A stretch of DNA of 64,000 bases, taken from Anaerovoracaceae bacterium (GTDB taxonomy: Bacteria; Bacillota; Clostridia; Peptostreptococcales; Anaerovoracaceae). Positions 20,501 to 34,204 of the stretch are shown piece by piece (positions within the stretch are counted from its first letter, which is position 1; the number at the start of each line of letters is the position of its first letter). Below the pieces are notes generated by a model. That model was not told the DNA's origin and made no database searches. It saw only the letters and a list, made by a program, of their open reading frames with translations. Both the position numbers and the translations under genes were made by a program. Location: contig JBMNMU010000001.1 in the NCBI GenBank assembly GCA_050953505.1, forward strand, positions 919,434 to 983,433, written 5' to 3'.

Positions 20501-20692
20501 TTACCTGCTACATCTTGCTACAAAGCTTAAAACCACTGGATATGACTCCATGTGTTAATACCAGCCCCTAGGGGAGGTCAAATCTCCACACCTTTTCATC
20601 TGGACAACGGGCGTGGGGCAACGCGTAAAAAAACGCGGTTTCAAACGGGGTATATACCCCACAATCCATTTTAATTTAGGAGGTAAACGATT

Positions 20693-21592
20693 ATGGCAAC
20701 ATCAACAACTTATAATAGAGCGTTTTGGAATGTTATGAAAGGAAAAGAAGAAAATAATCAAAATCTAAGCGAGGGCTTTGATAATGCAGGAGCCTATGTC
20801 GCACCAGACGAGTTCCGAGAAGGCTTTAACACTGCTTTGGCAAAGGAGAATATATTCCGCAGATTTGCTACTGTTATCAATCTATCTTCTGCAGAAGGTA
20901 AAATTCAAGCGGTATCCTCAACGGGTACAGCAGATTGGGTTGAAGACGGAGATCCAATTCCCGAAAGTGCCGATACATTTACACAGTTTCTGGTGAAATC
21001 ATACAAGCTGGCATCTCTTGTCAAGCTAAACCGCTCATTCGTCACCGATATGAACTTTAATCTTGAAAAATATCTGATGGGTGATTTTGCGAAGCGTTTT
21101 GGCAAGGCTGAGGAAAATGCATTGCTTAATGGAAATGGCACAACTCAGCCAACAGGTATACTTACGGCAGACGCAGATGTAACTACAGCAGATAGTGCTA
21201 CCATCTCTTTTGACGAGATTATCTCTCTGTATTTTTCATTAAAAGATGAATACCGAAATAACGCTGTGTTTATCATGCACGATAATACAGCTATGCTTCT
21301 TAGAACCCTTAAGGATACAAGCGGCAGTTATCTGTGGAATTCTTCAGATAACACCATCTTCGGAAAGCCTGTACTTACCTCTCCATATATGCCTACAGTA
21401 TCAGCAGGAGCAAAAAGCATAGTATTCGGAGATTTATCTTATTACTGGCTGATTGAGCGTCAACCAATAACGATAAAGAAATTAAGTGAGTTATATGCAT
21501 TGCAGGGGCAAATTGGCTTTTCTGCTTACGAAAGATTGGATGGCAAGCTAATTCAACCGGATGCTCTGAAAATATTACAAATAAAAGCTTAA
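20693..21592 (+). CDS. HK97-family phage major capsid protein homologue (299 aa, no N-terminal delta/scaffold domain)
   Basis: NAGAYVAPDEF..., EENALLNGNGTTQPTGIL and FGKPVLTSPYMP are characteristic HK97-type MCP motifs. Strong RBS AGGAGG. No portal, protease or terminase genes are nearby. Confidence 0.8.
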   Translation: MATSTTYNRAFWNVMKGKEENNQNLSEGFDNAGAYVAPDEFREGFNTALAKENIFRRFATVINLSSAEGKIQAVSSTGTADWVEDGDPIPESADTFTQFLVKSYKLASLVKLNRSFVTDMNFNLEKYLMGDFAKRFGKAEENALLNGNGTTQPTGILTADADVTTADSATISFDEIISLYFSLKDEYRNNAVFIMHDNTAMLLRTLKDTSGSYLWNSSDNTIFGKPVLTSPYMPTVSAGAKSIVFGDLSYYWLIERQPITIKKLSELYALQGQIGFSAYERLDGKLIQPDALKILQIKA

Positions 21593-21667
21593 ATAATGGA
21601 TTAGGCACTGAGTCATCAATTCGGCTCAGTGCCAGTTCCATCAAAACATCGGACAGGAGGTCACGAT

Positions 21668-21871
21668 ATGGAAAATCAAAGTAACAGCCGCACAACCAAA
21701 TCCGATATCGGAGGTACGGTCTATGTGGTGGAATCACGAGTAAGTGATTCAGCAAAGGAAAGTGCATATTCCAAGCTGAAACGACTGATTACAGTCAACG
21801 CAAAAAACCTTTCAAAGTTATCTGATAGTTCATATAAACCCACGGAAATCAACTCGACTTCTTCAAGGTAG
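21668..21871 (+). CDS. TnpW-like small protein (family commonly found upstream of clostridial large serine recombinases)
   Basis: IGGTVYVVESRVSDSAKESAYSKLKRLI resembles my recollection of the TnpW pattern. AGGAGG precedes the ATG at 21668. Confidence 0.5.
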   Translation: MENQSNSRTTKSDIGGTVYVVESRVSDSAKESAYSKLKRLITVNAKNLSKLSDSSYKPTEINSTSSR

Positions 21872-23581
<1,710 letters not shown>

Positions 23582-23589
23582 ACCAAAAA

Positions 23590-23627
23590 CGGCATAGCCG
23601 CAAATCAACGACTATGCCGAATTTTTT
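23590..23627 (+). terminator. Terminator of the serine recombinase gene
   Basis: CGGCATAG...CTATGCCG stem followed by AATTTTTT. Confidence 0.75.
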
Positions 23628-23973
23628 AGAAATTATAAATCCCTATTTGACCGCTCCAAAAGTAACCTTTTTATACATTACTTCCATTGATGTTAAATCT
23701 TTTCAAAAATAAAGTTTATGTTGATGTGTATTGAATGGCACCATACAACTCAATGTTAAAACATAAAGACAGCAAAAGTTGCCTCGTATTTCAATAGTTT
23801 ACTTGAAACAGTATCTTGTATGATTGGATTTATTATACCACAGGCAACTAAAGGAAAACAATAAAATATACATTTTTTGACATAAAACTTATTTATTTAT
23901 TAACAATAATCAAGTAATATGTATAAGGATTAGGCAAAACTTTTGTTAGATGTTAATTTACATCTCCAATAGA

Positions 23974-23987
23974 CAAACATATGTTTG
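23974..23987. promoter_or_regulatory. Candidate LexA (SOS) box upstream of ruvC
   Basis: Perfect 14-bp palindrome CAAACATATGTTTG. It resembles the Gram-positive GAAC-N4-GTTC Cheo box (here AAAC-N4-GTTT) and lies about 125 nt upstream of the ruvC ATG. Confidence 0.4.
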
Positions 23988-24113
23988 CCATGTTAGAATG
24001 TTCATAAATAAATGAATATGAAGTTAATATTACAACATAGACTTCGATTAAATTTATGATATTATATATTAGTGAGACGTCAGAAGCACGCACATTATGT
24101 TATGGAGTAGGAA

Positions 24114-24620
24114 ATGAGAATATTAGGGATTGACCCCGGGTACGCCATTTTAGGCTACGGTATTATAGATATGAAAGGGAACCGTTTCACTGTCTGCGGA
24201 CACGGAGCAGTTACAACAGATGCGACTATGGACATGCCTGATCGACTAAAGCATCTTTATACTCAATTGATGGAAATTATACAAGAATATCAACCGGATG
24301 AAGCCTCCATTGAGGAACTTTTTTTTAACAACAATGCGAAAACAGCTCTTTTAGTTGGACAAGCCAGAGGTGTTGTCCTATTAGCTTGTATTAATTCAGG
24401 TTTGAAAATTAATGAATATACACCTCTTCAGATCAAGCAAGCACTGGTTGGATATGGCAGAGCCGAAAAAAGTCAAGTTCAAGCCATGGTAAAAGCGATA
24501 TTGAACTTAAAACAAATCCCAAAGCCAGATGATACAGCGGATGCTCTTGCAGCTGCCATTTGCCATGGTCATAGCGCAGGCACCAATAATAAACTGCAGA
24601 AGCTTATGAAAGGCAGGTAA
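24114..24620 (+). CDS. ruvC: Crossover junction endodeoxyribonuclease RuvC
   Basis: [18 protein letters not shown] and [12 protein letters not shown] motifs. Confidence 0.92.
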   Translation: MRILGIDPGYAILGYGIIDMKGNRFTVCGHGAVTTDATMDMPDRLKHLYTQLMEIIQEYQPDEASIEELFFNNNAKTALLVGQARGVVLLACINSGLKINEYTPLQIKQALVGYGRAEKSQVQAMVKAILNLKQIPKPDDTADALAAAICHGHSAGTNNKLQKLMKGR

Positions 24621-24699
24621 AATTACATCTGTCCAAGGGGATACATATAGTGAGATAAAAACCAGTTACAGAATTAGCAGGATAAGGAGTATATATGAT

Positions 24700-25281
24700 A
24701 TGTTTCATTATATAAGAGGCCGAATGGCCATGAAATTAGAAGGCGGGATAGTCCTTGATGTAAACGGTATTGGCTATGAAATTTTAGTACCGGATAACTC
24801 TTCTGTCTATTTAACAAATACGGATGAGACGGTGTTACTTTATACGGCGATGATCGTCCGGGAGGATGACATAAGCATTTATGGTTTTCCTGAAAAAGAA
24901 ACCTTAGGGTTATTTAGAAAGCTAATGACAGTAACTGGTATAGGGGCAAAAGCAGCTATGGCTATCCTCTCGTCTATGCCAGCAAATGAAGTTATAAAAG
25001 CGATTTTATATGAAGATGTTACTTCCTTGACTAAGGCAAACGGTGTGGGAAAGAAAACTGCACAACGTTTAATTCTAGAGCTTAAGGACAAGCTTTCCGA
25101 TTTTGATGTTTTGGAAGAAAGCCCTGTGATGGTAGCTGATGCCGGAAGTGAGCGCATTGAAGCGTTAAATGGACTGATGAGCTTAGGTTTCAGCAAGAGT
25201 GAGGCTTTGGATGCCTTAGCAGGAGTTAAGGATGAAAATCTAACCACGGAAGAATATATAAAGCAAGCACTAAAACGCTGA
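24700..25281 (+). CDS. ruvA: Holliday junction branch migration protein RuvA
   Basis: F.YIRG, the GIGYEI motif, and HhH motifs (VTGIGAKAAMAIL, ANGVGKKTAQRLILEL). Confidence 0.9.
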   Translation: MFHYIRGRMAMKLEGGIVLDVNGIGYEILVPDNSSVYLTNTDETVLLYTAMIVREDDISIYGFPEKETLGLFRKLMTVTGIGAKAAMAILSSMPANEVIKAILYEDVTSLTKANGVGKKTAQRLILELKDKLSDFDVLEESPVMVADAGSERIEALNGLMSLGFSKSEALDALAGVKDENLTTEEYIKQALKR

Positions 25282-25314
25282 TTAAAACTATGATGACAAA
25301 ATAGGAGAGAGAGA

Positions 25315-26337
25315 ATGGACTTTGATGACCGAATTACAGCATCAAATTATTGTAACGAGGATGAAGATATAGAATTGAATCTTCGCCCTAAAAAACTAAA
25401 TGAATACATTGGACAAAAACAAGTAACGGATAACCTTAAGGTCTTTATAGAAGCGGCCCAACTAAGAAAAGAGCCTTTAGATCACGTGCTTTTTTATGGT
25501 CCACCAGGTTTAGGGAAGACAACCCTTGCAGGGATTATTGCAAACGAATTGGGTGTGGATCTTAGAATTACTTCGGGGCCAGCTATAGAAAGGGCTGGAG
25601 ATTTAGCTGCAATATTGACGAACCTTAATCATCATGATGTCCTATTTATCGATGAGATCCATCGTTTGAATCGCTCTGTGGAGGAAGTTTTATACTCTGC
25701 AATGGAGGATTACGCCATTGACATCATTATCGGAAAGGGGCCGTCCGCTAGGTCCATTAGATTAGATTTGGCAAAGTTCACTTTAATTGGAGCCACCACT
25801 AGAGCTGGTAGCCTTTCTGCACCCTTAAGAGATCGATTTGGCGTGATAAGTAAATTCGAGCTTTACAATTTGGATGAGCTTAAGACTATTATAAAGCGAT
25901 CTGCTGATATACTGGGAGTTCACGTTGATGAAGCCTCTCTAGATGAAATGGCTAGAAGATCAAGGGGTACACCAAGGGTTGCCAACAGGCTTCTAAAACG
26001 TGTCCGTGATTTTTGTCAGGTAAAGGGTTCCGGTAGCATTGACCTGGCTATCACCAACACCACCTTAGAATCATTAGGGATAGATAAGGAAGGATTAGAA
26101 GATCTTGATCGGGAAATCCTCAGGATTATTATAGAGCGTTTTAATGGTGGACCGGTGGGTATTGATACCATTGCAGCCTCCGTGGGTGAAGAAAAAGTCA
26201 CTATAGAGGATGTCGTTGAACCCTATCTTATACAGGCAGGATTTCTTCATAGGACACAAAAGGGAAGAGTCGTATCAAAAGAAGCCTATACCCATCTTGG
26301 AATTCCCTATCTCCAAGATGATCAGCTAACAATCTAG
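25315..26337 (+). CDS. ruvB: Holliday junction DNA helicase RuvB
   Basis: [12 protein letters not shown], Walker [36 protein letters not shown]. Confidence 0.95.
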   Translation: MDFDDRITASNYCNEDEDIELNLRPKKLNEYIGQKQVTDNLKVFIEAAQLRKEPLDHVLFYGPPGLGKTTLAGIIANELGVDLRITSGPAIERAGDLAAILTNLNHHDVLFIDEIHRLNRSVEEVLYSAMEDYAIDIIIGKGPSARSIRLDLAKFTLIGATTRAGSLSAPLRDRFGVISKFELYNLDELKTIIKRSADILGVHVDEASLDEMARRSRGTPRVANRLLKRVRDFCQVKGSGSIDLAITNTTLESLGIDKEGLEDLDREILRIIIERFNGGPVGIDTIAASVGEEKVTIEDVVEPYLIQAGFLHRTQKGRVVSKEAYTHLGIPYLQDDQLTI

Positions 26338-26419
26338 GTTAGAAACTTCAAAACCTTAGATTGCTTATACCGGGGAACTTGAATATAACATCAAAATTTC
26401 GAAATAAGGATGGTATGAT

Positions 26420-27796
26420 ATGAAACGAAAAAACTTCACAATAATACTTATTATGTTAACCCTTATCTTTGCCTCTAATACTAATCCTTCATGGGCAGCT
26501 GATGGTCATGAAGAATACATAAAGGTATGCTTGAAATCTGGAAGCACAGAGGATGATTCCTACTCACTAATATCAAATGAAGGATTTGTTTTATGTTCTA
26601 TTCAAGACGGTTTTCTTATGGAAGATATGGTTTTGCCCGATTATACTGCACTTGAAGTAGTAAAAATGGATGACCAGATTGTTTTAATGGACAACGAAGG
26701 CAATTTTGTGATGGAAGATTTACTGGAGTCAACAGTTATCATGCCTTTAGATTATCATAATGAGGGCTTGATTACATTTGAAAACACTCCTTATCGAGGG
26801 GGTATCATCATCATACCAAACCAAAACGGAAGCCTTTCAGCCTTAAATTATATTACCATGGAGCACTATTTATATGGGGTACTTAATGCAGAGATTCACC
26901 ATACCCACCCAGAGGAAGCCTTAAAGGCCCAAGCTGTTGCGGCCAGAAGCTTTGCTAAATTAAATATGGGAAAGCATAGAGCTGAGGGTTTTGATGTATG
27001 CTGTACTACTCACTGTCAAGTCTACAGAGGATACACCGGAGAATATGAGAAAACCAATAAGGCTGTGGATGATACCTTTGGTGAAGTAATTGCGTATAAC
27101 GGAAGACCGGTAGCAGCCTATTACTTTAAAAATAGTGGAGGCCATACTCAAGATGTTGGAGATGTTTGGTCCTATAATGAGCCTTACTTAATTGGTATAG
27201 AGGACGAACACTCACCTGTTTATCCCTGGAATGTTAGTCTTACCTACGAAACCATAAAATCTAGACTGGAATCGGGGGGGTATTACCCAGGAAATGTAGA
27301 ATCTGTTACTATTAAAGAGCGAAATAAAAATGGACATGTATCAAATCTGGAAATTAGCGGAACTCAGTCCGTTGTTAATCTAACGAAAGAAAAAATTCGA
27401 AACGTGCTAGGGGCGACTGTAGTAAAGTCACTTAATTTCACCTTAGAAGGTGGCCAGGGTGGAGTTCAAGGCCAAGAGAGACAGAAAATAGTTGTATCAA
27501 ATGGGCCACGCTCATCGATACTAAATAATGAGACCTATATCATATGCAGCAGCGGAAATGTGACAAAACGCCTAACCACTGATTTGTATGCATCCAATGG
27601 CTCTGGTCTGGTTAAACTTATTGAAGATGATGGACAAAATGTAAGCTCTAGTAATGGCGTGACCTTTAAAGGCTATGGTTATGGTCATGGTGTAGGCATG
27701 CCACAAGATAGCGCTATAGAGATGGCAAAGTTAGGCTTTTCATATCTGGATATTCTAAAAAAATATTATACTGATATTGAAATAATAAAGATGTAG
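26420..27796 (+). CDS. SpoIID/LytB domain-containing protein (secreted)
   Basis: Signal peptide, then AQAVAARSFA...CTTHCQVYRG...YFKNSGGHTQ, typical of the SpoIID lytic transglycosylase family. Confidence 0.8.
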   Translation: MKRKNFTIILIMLTLIFASNTNPSWAADGHEEYIKVCLKSGSTEDDSYSLISNEGFVLCSIQDGFLMEDMVLPDYTALEVVKMDDQIVLMDNEGNFVMEDLLESTVIMPLDYHNEGLITFENTPYRGGIIIIPNQNGSLSALNYITMEHYLYGVLNAEIHHTHPEEALKAQAVAARSFAKLNMGKHRAEGFDVCCTTHCQVYRGYTGEYEKTNKAVDDTFGEVIAYNGRPVAAYYFKNSGGHTQDVGDVWSYNEPYLIGIEDEHSPVYPWNVSLTYETIKSRLESGGYYPGNVESVTIKERNKNGHVSNLEISGTQSVVNLTKEKIRNVLGATVVKSLNFTLEGGQGGVQGQERQKIVVSNGPRSSILNNETYIICSSGNVTKRLTTDLYASNGSGLVKLIEDDGQNVSSSNGVTFKGYGYGHGVGMPQDSAIEMAKLGFSYLDILKKYYTDIEIIKM

Positions 27797-27838
27797 GAAG
27801 AAAATAAGTACAAAATATATATAAAACAAGGAGTATTC

Positions 27839-28873
27839 ATGCACATAAACGATTTTGATTACGATCTACCAGAGGAGTTAATCGCACAATTCCCGGCGGA
27901 CAAAAGGGATGAATCTAAGCTCATGGTTATCCATAGATCATCTGATATAATTGAGCATAAGCACTTTTATAATATTTTAGATTATATCAATCCGGGGGAT
28001 TGCCTAGTAATGAACAGCTCTAAGGTAATTCCGGCAAGACTTTTTGGGAAAAAGGATAAAACTGGCGCCAAGGTAGAATTTTTATTGATAAAGCGTAAAG
28101 AGGGGGATCTATGGGAAACCATGGTGAAACCGGGGAAGAAACTGCATCCAGGTGATGTGGTTTCCTTTTCTGAGGATAGAAAGCTAACAGCTGAAATTAT
28201 AGGTTATGGGGATGCAGGGACGAGGATTGTTCGTTTTGACTATCAGGGTGTTTTTCTTGAAAGATTGGATGAATTGGGAAAGCTTCCACTGCCTCCATAC
28301 ATTGACCGGGAAAGCATAGAGTCAGATAAGGATCGGTATCAAACAGTATATTGTAAAAAAGAAGGGTCAGTAGCGGCACCCACTGCAGGCCTTCATTTTA
28401 CAGAAAAACTTTTAAAGCAGGCAACTGAAAAAGGAATTCATTTAGCTGAAGTCACATTGCATGTGGGTATCGGAACCTTTCGACCTGTTAAATGTGAAAG
28501 GATTGAAGATCATGAAATGCATTTTGAAGAATATGAAATTGATCCTATAAACGCTGAAATTATTAATAAGGCGAGGAAAGCAGGGGGAAAAATTATTTCA
28601 GTTGGGACCACCTCTACAAGGACCTTAGAAAGTGCGGCGACGGAAGATGGGACGATAACACCGGGTACTGGGAGCACCGATATCTTTATTTATCCCGGCT
28701 ATAGATTTAAAGCTATTGATGGCTTAATAACCAATTTTCACCTGCCAAAATCCACCTTGCTAATGTTGGTTTCCGCGTTATATAATAGAGAGCATATTTT
28801 GGAAGCTTATAAAGAAGCCGTTGATAAGAAATATAGATTTTTTAGCTATGGAGATGCCATGCTGATATTATAG
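27839..28873 (+). CDS. queA: tRNA preQ1(34) S-adenosylmethionine ribosyltransferase-isomerase
   Basis: [47 protein letters not shown]. Confidence 0.95.
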   Translation: MHINDFDYDLPEELIAQFPADKRDESKLMVIHRSSDIIEHKHFYNILDYINPGDCLVMNSSKVIPARLFGKKDKTGAKVEFLLIKRKEGDLWETMVKPGKKLHPGDVVSFSEDRKLTAEIIGYGDAGTRIVRFDYQGVFLERLDELGKLPLPPYIDRESIESDKDRYQTVYCKKEGSVAAPTAGLHFTEKLLKQATEKGIHLAEVTLHVGIGTFRPVKCERIEDHEMHFEEYEIDPINAEIINKARKAGGKIISVGTTSTRTLESAATEDGTITPGTGSTDIFIYPGYRFKAIDGLITNFHLPKSTLLMLVSALYNREHILEAYKEAVDKKYRFFSYGDAMLIL

Positions 28874-28941
28874 CTATTAAGAAATATAGATAAATTTAGA
28901 AATTTATTGGAGACGTCGTAAATAATTGTGGAGAATGATAA

Positions 28942-30060
<1,119 letters not shown>

Positions 30061-30072
30061 GGGGGTAAAGAT

Positions 30073-30999
30073 ATGCCAATATTAGTACCTAGGGGCCTAC
30101 CGGCATATAAAATATTAAAAGAAGAAAATGTCTTCGTAATGACTGAGGCAAGGGCTTTGCGACAGGATATCAGACCTTTGCGTATTGCTATTGTCAATCT
30201 TATGCCTATAAAAGAGGTAACGGAGACACAGCTTATTAGAATGCTGGCCAATACACCGCTACAGGTGGATTTGCAGCTATTGACCATGGGTAGTCACAAC
30301 TCGAAGAATACAGATAAGCTTCACCTTGATAATTTCTATAAAACCTTCGAGGAGATTAAGAATCAGAGATATGATGGGATGATTATTACAGGTGCTCCAG
30401 TGGAATTCCTTCCTTTTGAGGAGGTTGATTACTGGAAAGAGCTCACTGAAATCATGGAATATACAAAAAAAGGCGTTTTTAGCACCTTACATATTTGCTG
30501 GGGCGCTCAAGCTGGCCTTTATTACCACTATGGTATTCAAAAATATGTACTTCCGAAAAAATTGTTTGGTGTTTATAACCATAAGCTAAATAGCAAAAAA
30601 TCAGAGCTTACTCGTGGATTTGATGAGGAGTTTTATGCACCACACTCAAGGCATACAGAGATTAGAAAAGAAGATATTAGAAAGATCCCCGACTTGAAAA
30701 TATTAGCAGAATCTGATGAAGCTGGACCACATATTGTTGCCACAAAAAATAAAAGAATGATTTTTATTCAAGGCCACATGGAATATGAACGTGATACGCT
30801 AAAGCTTGAATATGAGAGAGATATCAATAGGGGATTAGATATTGCTGTTCCTAAAGATTACTTTAAAGATGACGACCCTTCAAAAAACATTATCGTTAAA
30901 TGGAGCGGGCACGGCAACTTGTTTTTTGCAAACTGGTTGAATTATATTTATCAAGAAACACCATATGATTTACAAAAGCTAGATGATTTAGCGCAATAA
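30073..30999 (+). CDS. metA: Homoserine O-acyltransferase MetA
   Basis: [28 protein letters not shown]-like [22 protein letters not shown]. Confidence 0.9.
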   Translation: MPILVPRGLPAYKILKEENVFVMTEARALRQDIRPLRIAIVNLMPIKEVTETQLIRMLANTPLQVDLQLLTMGSHNSKNTDKLHLDNFYKTFEEIKNQRYDGMIITGAPVEFLPFEEVDYWKELTEIMEYTKKGVFSTLHICWGAQAGLYYHYGIQKYVLPKKLFGVYNHKLNSKKSELTRGFDEEFYAPHSRHTEIRKEDIRKIPDLKILAESDEAGPHIVATKNKRMIFIQGHMEYERDTLKLEYERDINRGLDIAVPKDYFKDDDPSKNIIVKWSGHGNLFFANWLNYIYQETPYDLQKLDDLAQ

Positions 31000-31021
31000 A
31001 AATAAAAAGGGGGTACGGCCA

Positions 31022-32163
31022 TTGGAGATTTGTAAACATAGTGATTATTGTGGAGGTTGCGTATATCAAGGCGTTCCTTATCAGGAACAGCTGACACTAA
31101 AGGGGAAGGATGTTTTAAGACTATTAGAGGAAAAGGAAATAGCCTATGAAAAATATATGGGCATAGAGGGAAGTCCACAGCAGTATAGATATCGTAATAA
31201 AATGGAATACACCTTTGGTGACGAAGTGAAGGGTGGAGAGCTCACCCTTGGCATGCATAAAAAAGGACGATTTATGTCTATCGTTACAGTGGATGGGTGT
31301 CAGCTGGTAGATGAAGACTTTAATATCATTCTTAAAGCCGTTTTAGATTTTTGTAACGAAAAAGGATATCCCTTTTACCATAAAAGATCTCACACAGGAC
31401 TTTTGCGAAATTTGATCATCAGAAAAGGTTTTCATACTAATGAAATTTTAGTAAATATTGTTACCACTACCCAAGGAGAATTTGACGAAAAAGAATTTGT
31501 AAAGTGTATCAAGGATTTACAGCTAGGTAATAAACTCGTAGGGGTGCTTCGCACCTTAAATGACAATATTGCTGACTTTGTCTATTGTGAAGAGCTTAAG
31601 ATACTATGGGGACAGGATTATTATATGGAAGAAATCATGGGGCTAAAGTTTAAAGTCAGCGCTTTTTCCTTTTTCCAAACCAATGTGCCAGCTATTGAGA
31701 AGCTTTATACTGAAGCCCTTTCTTTAATAAAGGATTTAGATGGGAAGACGGTATTCGACTTATATTCAGGTACTGGGACCATTACTCAGACGCTGGCCCT
31801 AAGAGCAAAAAAGGCCATCGGAGTTGAACTAGTTGAAGAAGCAGTTGAATCTGCGAAAGATAATGCAAAATTAAATCGCCTAGAGAACTGCGAATTTATT
31901 GCTGGTGATGTATTTGAAGTTTTAGATCGGCTGGAAACCAAACCAGATATCATAGTTCTTGATCCGCCAAGAGCGGGGATACATCCTAAAGCTTTAAAAA
32001 AGATCATTGGCTATGGTGTTGAACAAATCGTTTATATTTCCTGCAACCCAAAGAGCATGGCAGATAATCTAAGTACGATGCAGGAATATGGGTATCAGGT
32101 AAAAAGCGTTAAGACGTTTGATAACTTTCCTCATACAAAGCACGTTGAGACAGTAGTATTGAT
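31022..32163 (+). CDS. rumA: 23S rRNA (uracil-5-)-methyltransferase RumA/RlmD family, exon 1. The reading frame is interrupted after codon 380 by a group II intron; the predicted exon 2 is 34068-34086.
   Basis: N-terminal Cys cluster CKHSDYCGGCVYQ, SAM motif DLYSGTGTI, YISCNP, and the C-terminal FPHTKHVETVVL. The unspliced ORF runs into the intron (..MCASSKAGKC*). Predicted splicing gives ...VVLITHIWG*. Confidence 0.85.
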
Positions 32164-34067
32164 GTGTGCGTCCAGCAAAGCTGGCAAATGCTAACAGGTG
32201 AAAGTCCTGTAGTGGTAAAGGTAGGGCAGCCACTTAGTCAGTAACCAGCGTATGGAGTAATCTATACGTTGAAGCGTTACGGAATGTTTTGAAAGGAACA
32301 GGCAAACTGACGGGTTGTAACATAAAGTGAATACTGCCGCACCGTTATTGACATTCCCGAAAGGGAACAACAGGGAGTCGAGCTGAGACATCAACGGCGA
32401 AGACAGCAGACGGTATGAAGAACCCTAAATGCAATACCTAAGAACCCTGCGGTGTAGAGGTAACGACACGTTAGGAAAGTATTTGTCGGAACTGGAGAGA
32501 GCCTACTTTGCACAGGAAACTGTAAAGAGGACGCATATAAGCGAAAGTGAAATTGCAGTCCTGCAAAGAGGCAGTCAGAAGTGCCCATAGTACCAATGAT
32601 TGTGCAGACAGCAAAACTGTACATAGGAAAGGGGCACAACTTTATTCATGTCTGCAAAGGAGGTAGGTGCTGGTGATTGCAGATGATGCTATTAACACCC
32701 ATGAAAAAGTACGAGACTTCCAAAACAGACTATACCTTGCAGCCAAAGCTGACCGAAAGAGAAAGTTCTATGCGATGTATGACAAGATATACCGGAAGGA
32801 TATTTTGAATGAAGCATGGAAACGAGTAAAGGCGAATGGTGGGGCAGGCGGCATTGATAAAGTCAGCATAGAAGATGTGAAAGCATACGGCGAGAATAAG
32901 TTGCTGTGTGAAATAGCGGAAGAATTGCGGACGGAAAAATATCGGTGCAAGCCAGTCAGACGAACCTATATTCCAAAAGCAGACGGCAGAAAAAGACCAT
33001 TAGGAATCCCTACAATCAAGGACAGAATCGTTCAGATGGCGGCAAAATTAGCAATCGAGCCGATATTTGAGGCGGATTTTCAGTCTTGTTCGTATGGATT
33101 CCGACCAAAGCGAAGTGCGAAGCAGGCAATGGACAGAATATTCGAGGTTGCGGACAATGGTGGTGCACTGTGGGTAATAGATGCTGATATAAAAGACTAT
33201 TTCGGCAACATAAACCATGAAAAACTGCTTTTGTTGTTGGACCAAAGAATAACTGACCGCAAAGTGTTAAAGCTGATAAACGGCTGGTTGAAGGCGGGTG
33301 TGCTAGAATCAGGTCAATACAGTAAAAGCACAGTTGGAGCACCTCAGGGTGGTGTAATATCGCCATTATTATCCAACATATATCTAAATTATTTTGATAT
33401 ATACTGGAACAAGCACTTTGGGCACCTAGGCGAGCTGGTACGATACGCAGATGATTTTGTGATATTGTGTAAGCGAAAAGCGCAGGCAGAAGAAGCTCTG
33501 AGAGCAGTGAAATGGATTATGAAGAAACTGGAATTGACACTGCATTCCGAGAAAACAAGGCTGGTAGATATGTATTTTGGAAAAGACAGTTTTGATTTTC
33601 TTGGCTTCAACAACAGATTTCAGCGGTTCAGAAATAAAAGTTGGAAGTGGTATTGGACATTACAGCAAGTTCCATCCCAAAAGGCTATGAAGAAAATGAG
33701 AGCCAACATCAAAGAGGTGTTTACAAGTCCGAGCAAACTACTGTGGAGCATGGAAGAAATGGTGATACTGCTCAATCCTAAAATTATTGGGATGAGAAAT
33801 TATTATGCAAGACGGTTTACAAGACCATGGTTATGGAAGATAGAGAAGTACATCAATTACAAATTTACCCGGTGGTATAATCGGAAGAAACAACGTAACT
33901 ACAGGCTTGGAAATGCGGCAAAGGTTAGAGAATTAACCTTGCAGGCAGGGCTGGCAAGTATTTGCGGCTGAATGCTGAAGAAAGAAGAATATCGGAAAGC
34001 CGTATGCGGGAAAACCGCACGTACGGTTTGATGAGGGGGCGGTGGCAACCCCACTGCTCTACTCTAT
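32164..34067 (+). mobile_element. Group II intron, copy 1 (1904 nt) with an intact intron-encoded protein
   Basis: 5' GTGTGCG (the GUGYG consensus). Domain V at about 33997-34030 (AAGCCGTATGCGGGAAAACCGCACGTACGGTTT). 3' end CTACTCTAT with a candidate branch A at -7 and a terminal AY. An RT ORF lies in the domain IV position. Confidence 0.88.
32667..33971 (+). CDS. ltrA: Group II intron reverse transcriptase/maturase (434 aa, no obvious HNH endonuclease domain)
   Basis: RT motifs RPLGIPTIKDRIVQ, GAPQGGVISPLLSNIYL, RYADDFVILC. C-terminal maturase X region (RNYYA). GTG start after AAGGAGG. Confidence 0.92.
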   Translation: MLVIADDAINTHEKVRDFQNRLYLAAKADRKRKFYAMYDKIYRKDILNEAWKRVKANGGAGGIDKVSIEDVKAYGENKLLCEIAEELRTEKYRCKPVRRTYIPKADGRKRPLGIPTIKDRIVQMAAKLAIEPIFEADFQSCSYGFRPKRSAKQAMDRIFEVADNGGALWVIDADIKDYFGNINHEKLLLLLDQRITDRKVLKLINGWLKAGVLESGQYSKSTVGAPQGGVISPLLSNIYLNYFDIYWNKHFGHLGELVRYADDFVILCKRKAQAEEALRAVKWIMKKLELTLHSEKTRLVDMYFGKDSFDFLGFNNRFQRFRNKSWKWYWTLQQVPSQKAMKKMRANIKEVFTSPSKLLWSMEEMVILLNPKIIGMRNYYARRFTRPWLWKIEKYINYKFTRWYNRKKQRNYRLGNAAKVRELTLQAGLASICG

Positions 34068-34204
34068 CACGCATATCTGGGGGTAAGTAAAAGCATCCAC
34101 ACTATATATGGTGATTTTGCAACTCTAAAAGCGAATATTAGCCTACTTAACATTCACACTATAACCTGATATAATTAGGCTATATTTGAACAAGGAGTGA
34201 AAAG

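Noticed and set aside
32191-32639. Minus-strand ORFs (67 and 82 aa) inside the 5' part of the group II intron, duplicated at 39225-39673
   Set aside because: They lie antisense to ribozyme domains I-III and have no RBS. Their duplication simply reflects the two intron copies.
32768-33613. Minus-strand ORFs antisense to the intron RT gene (and their copies at 39802-40647)
   Set aside because: Antisense to a clearly coding RT/maturase, with composition-driven open frames.
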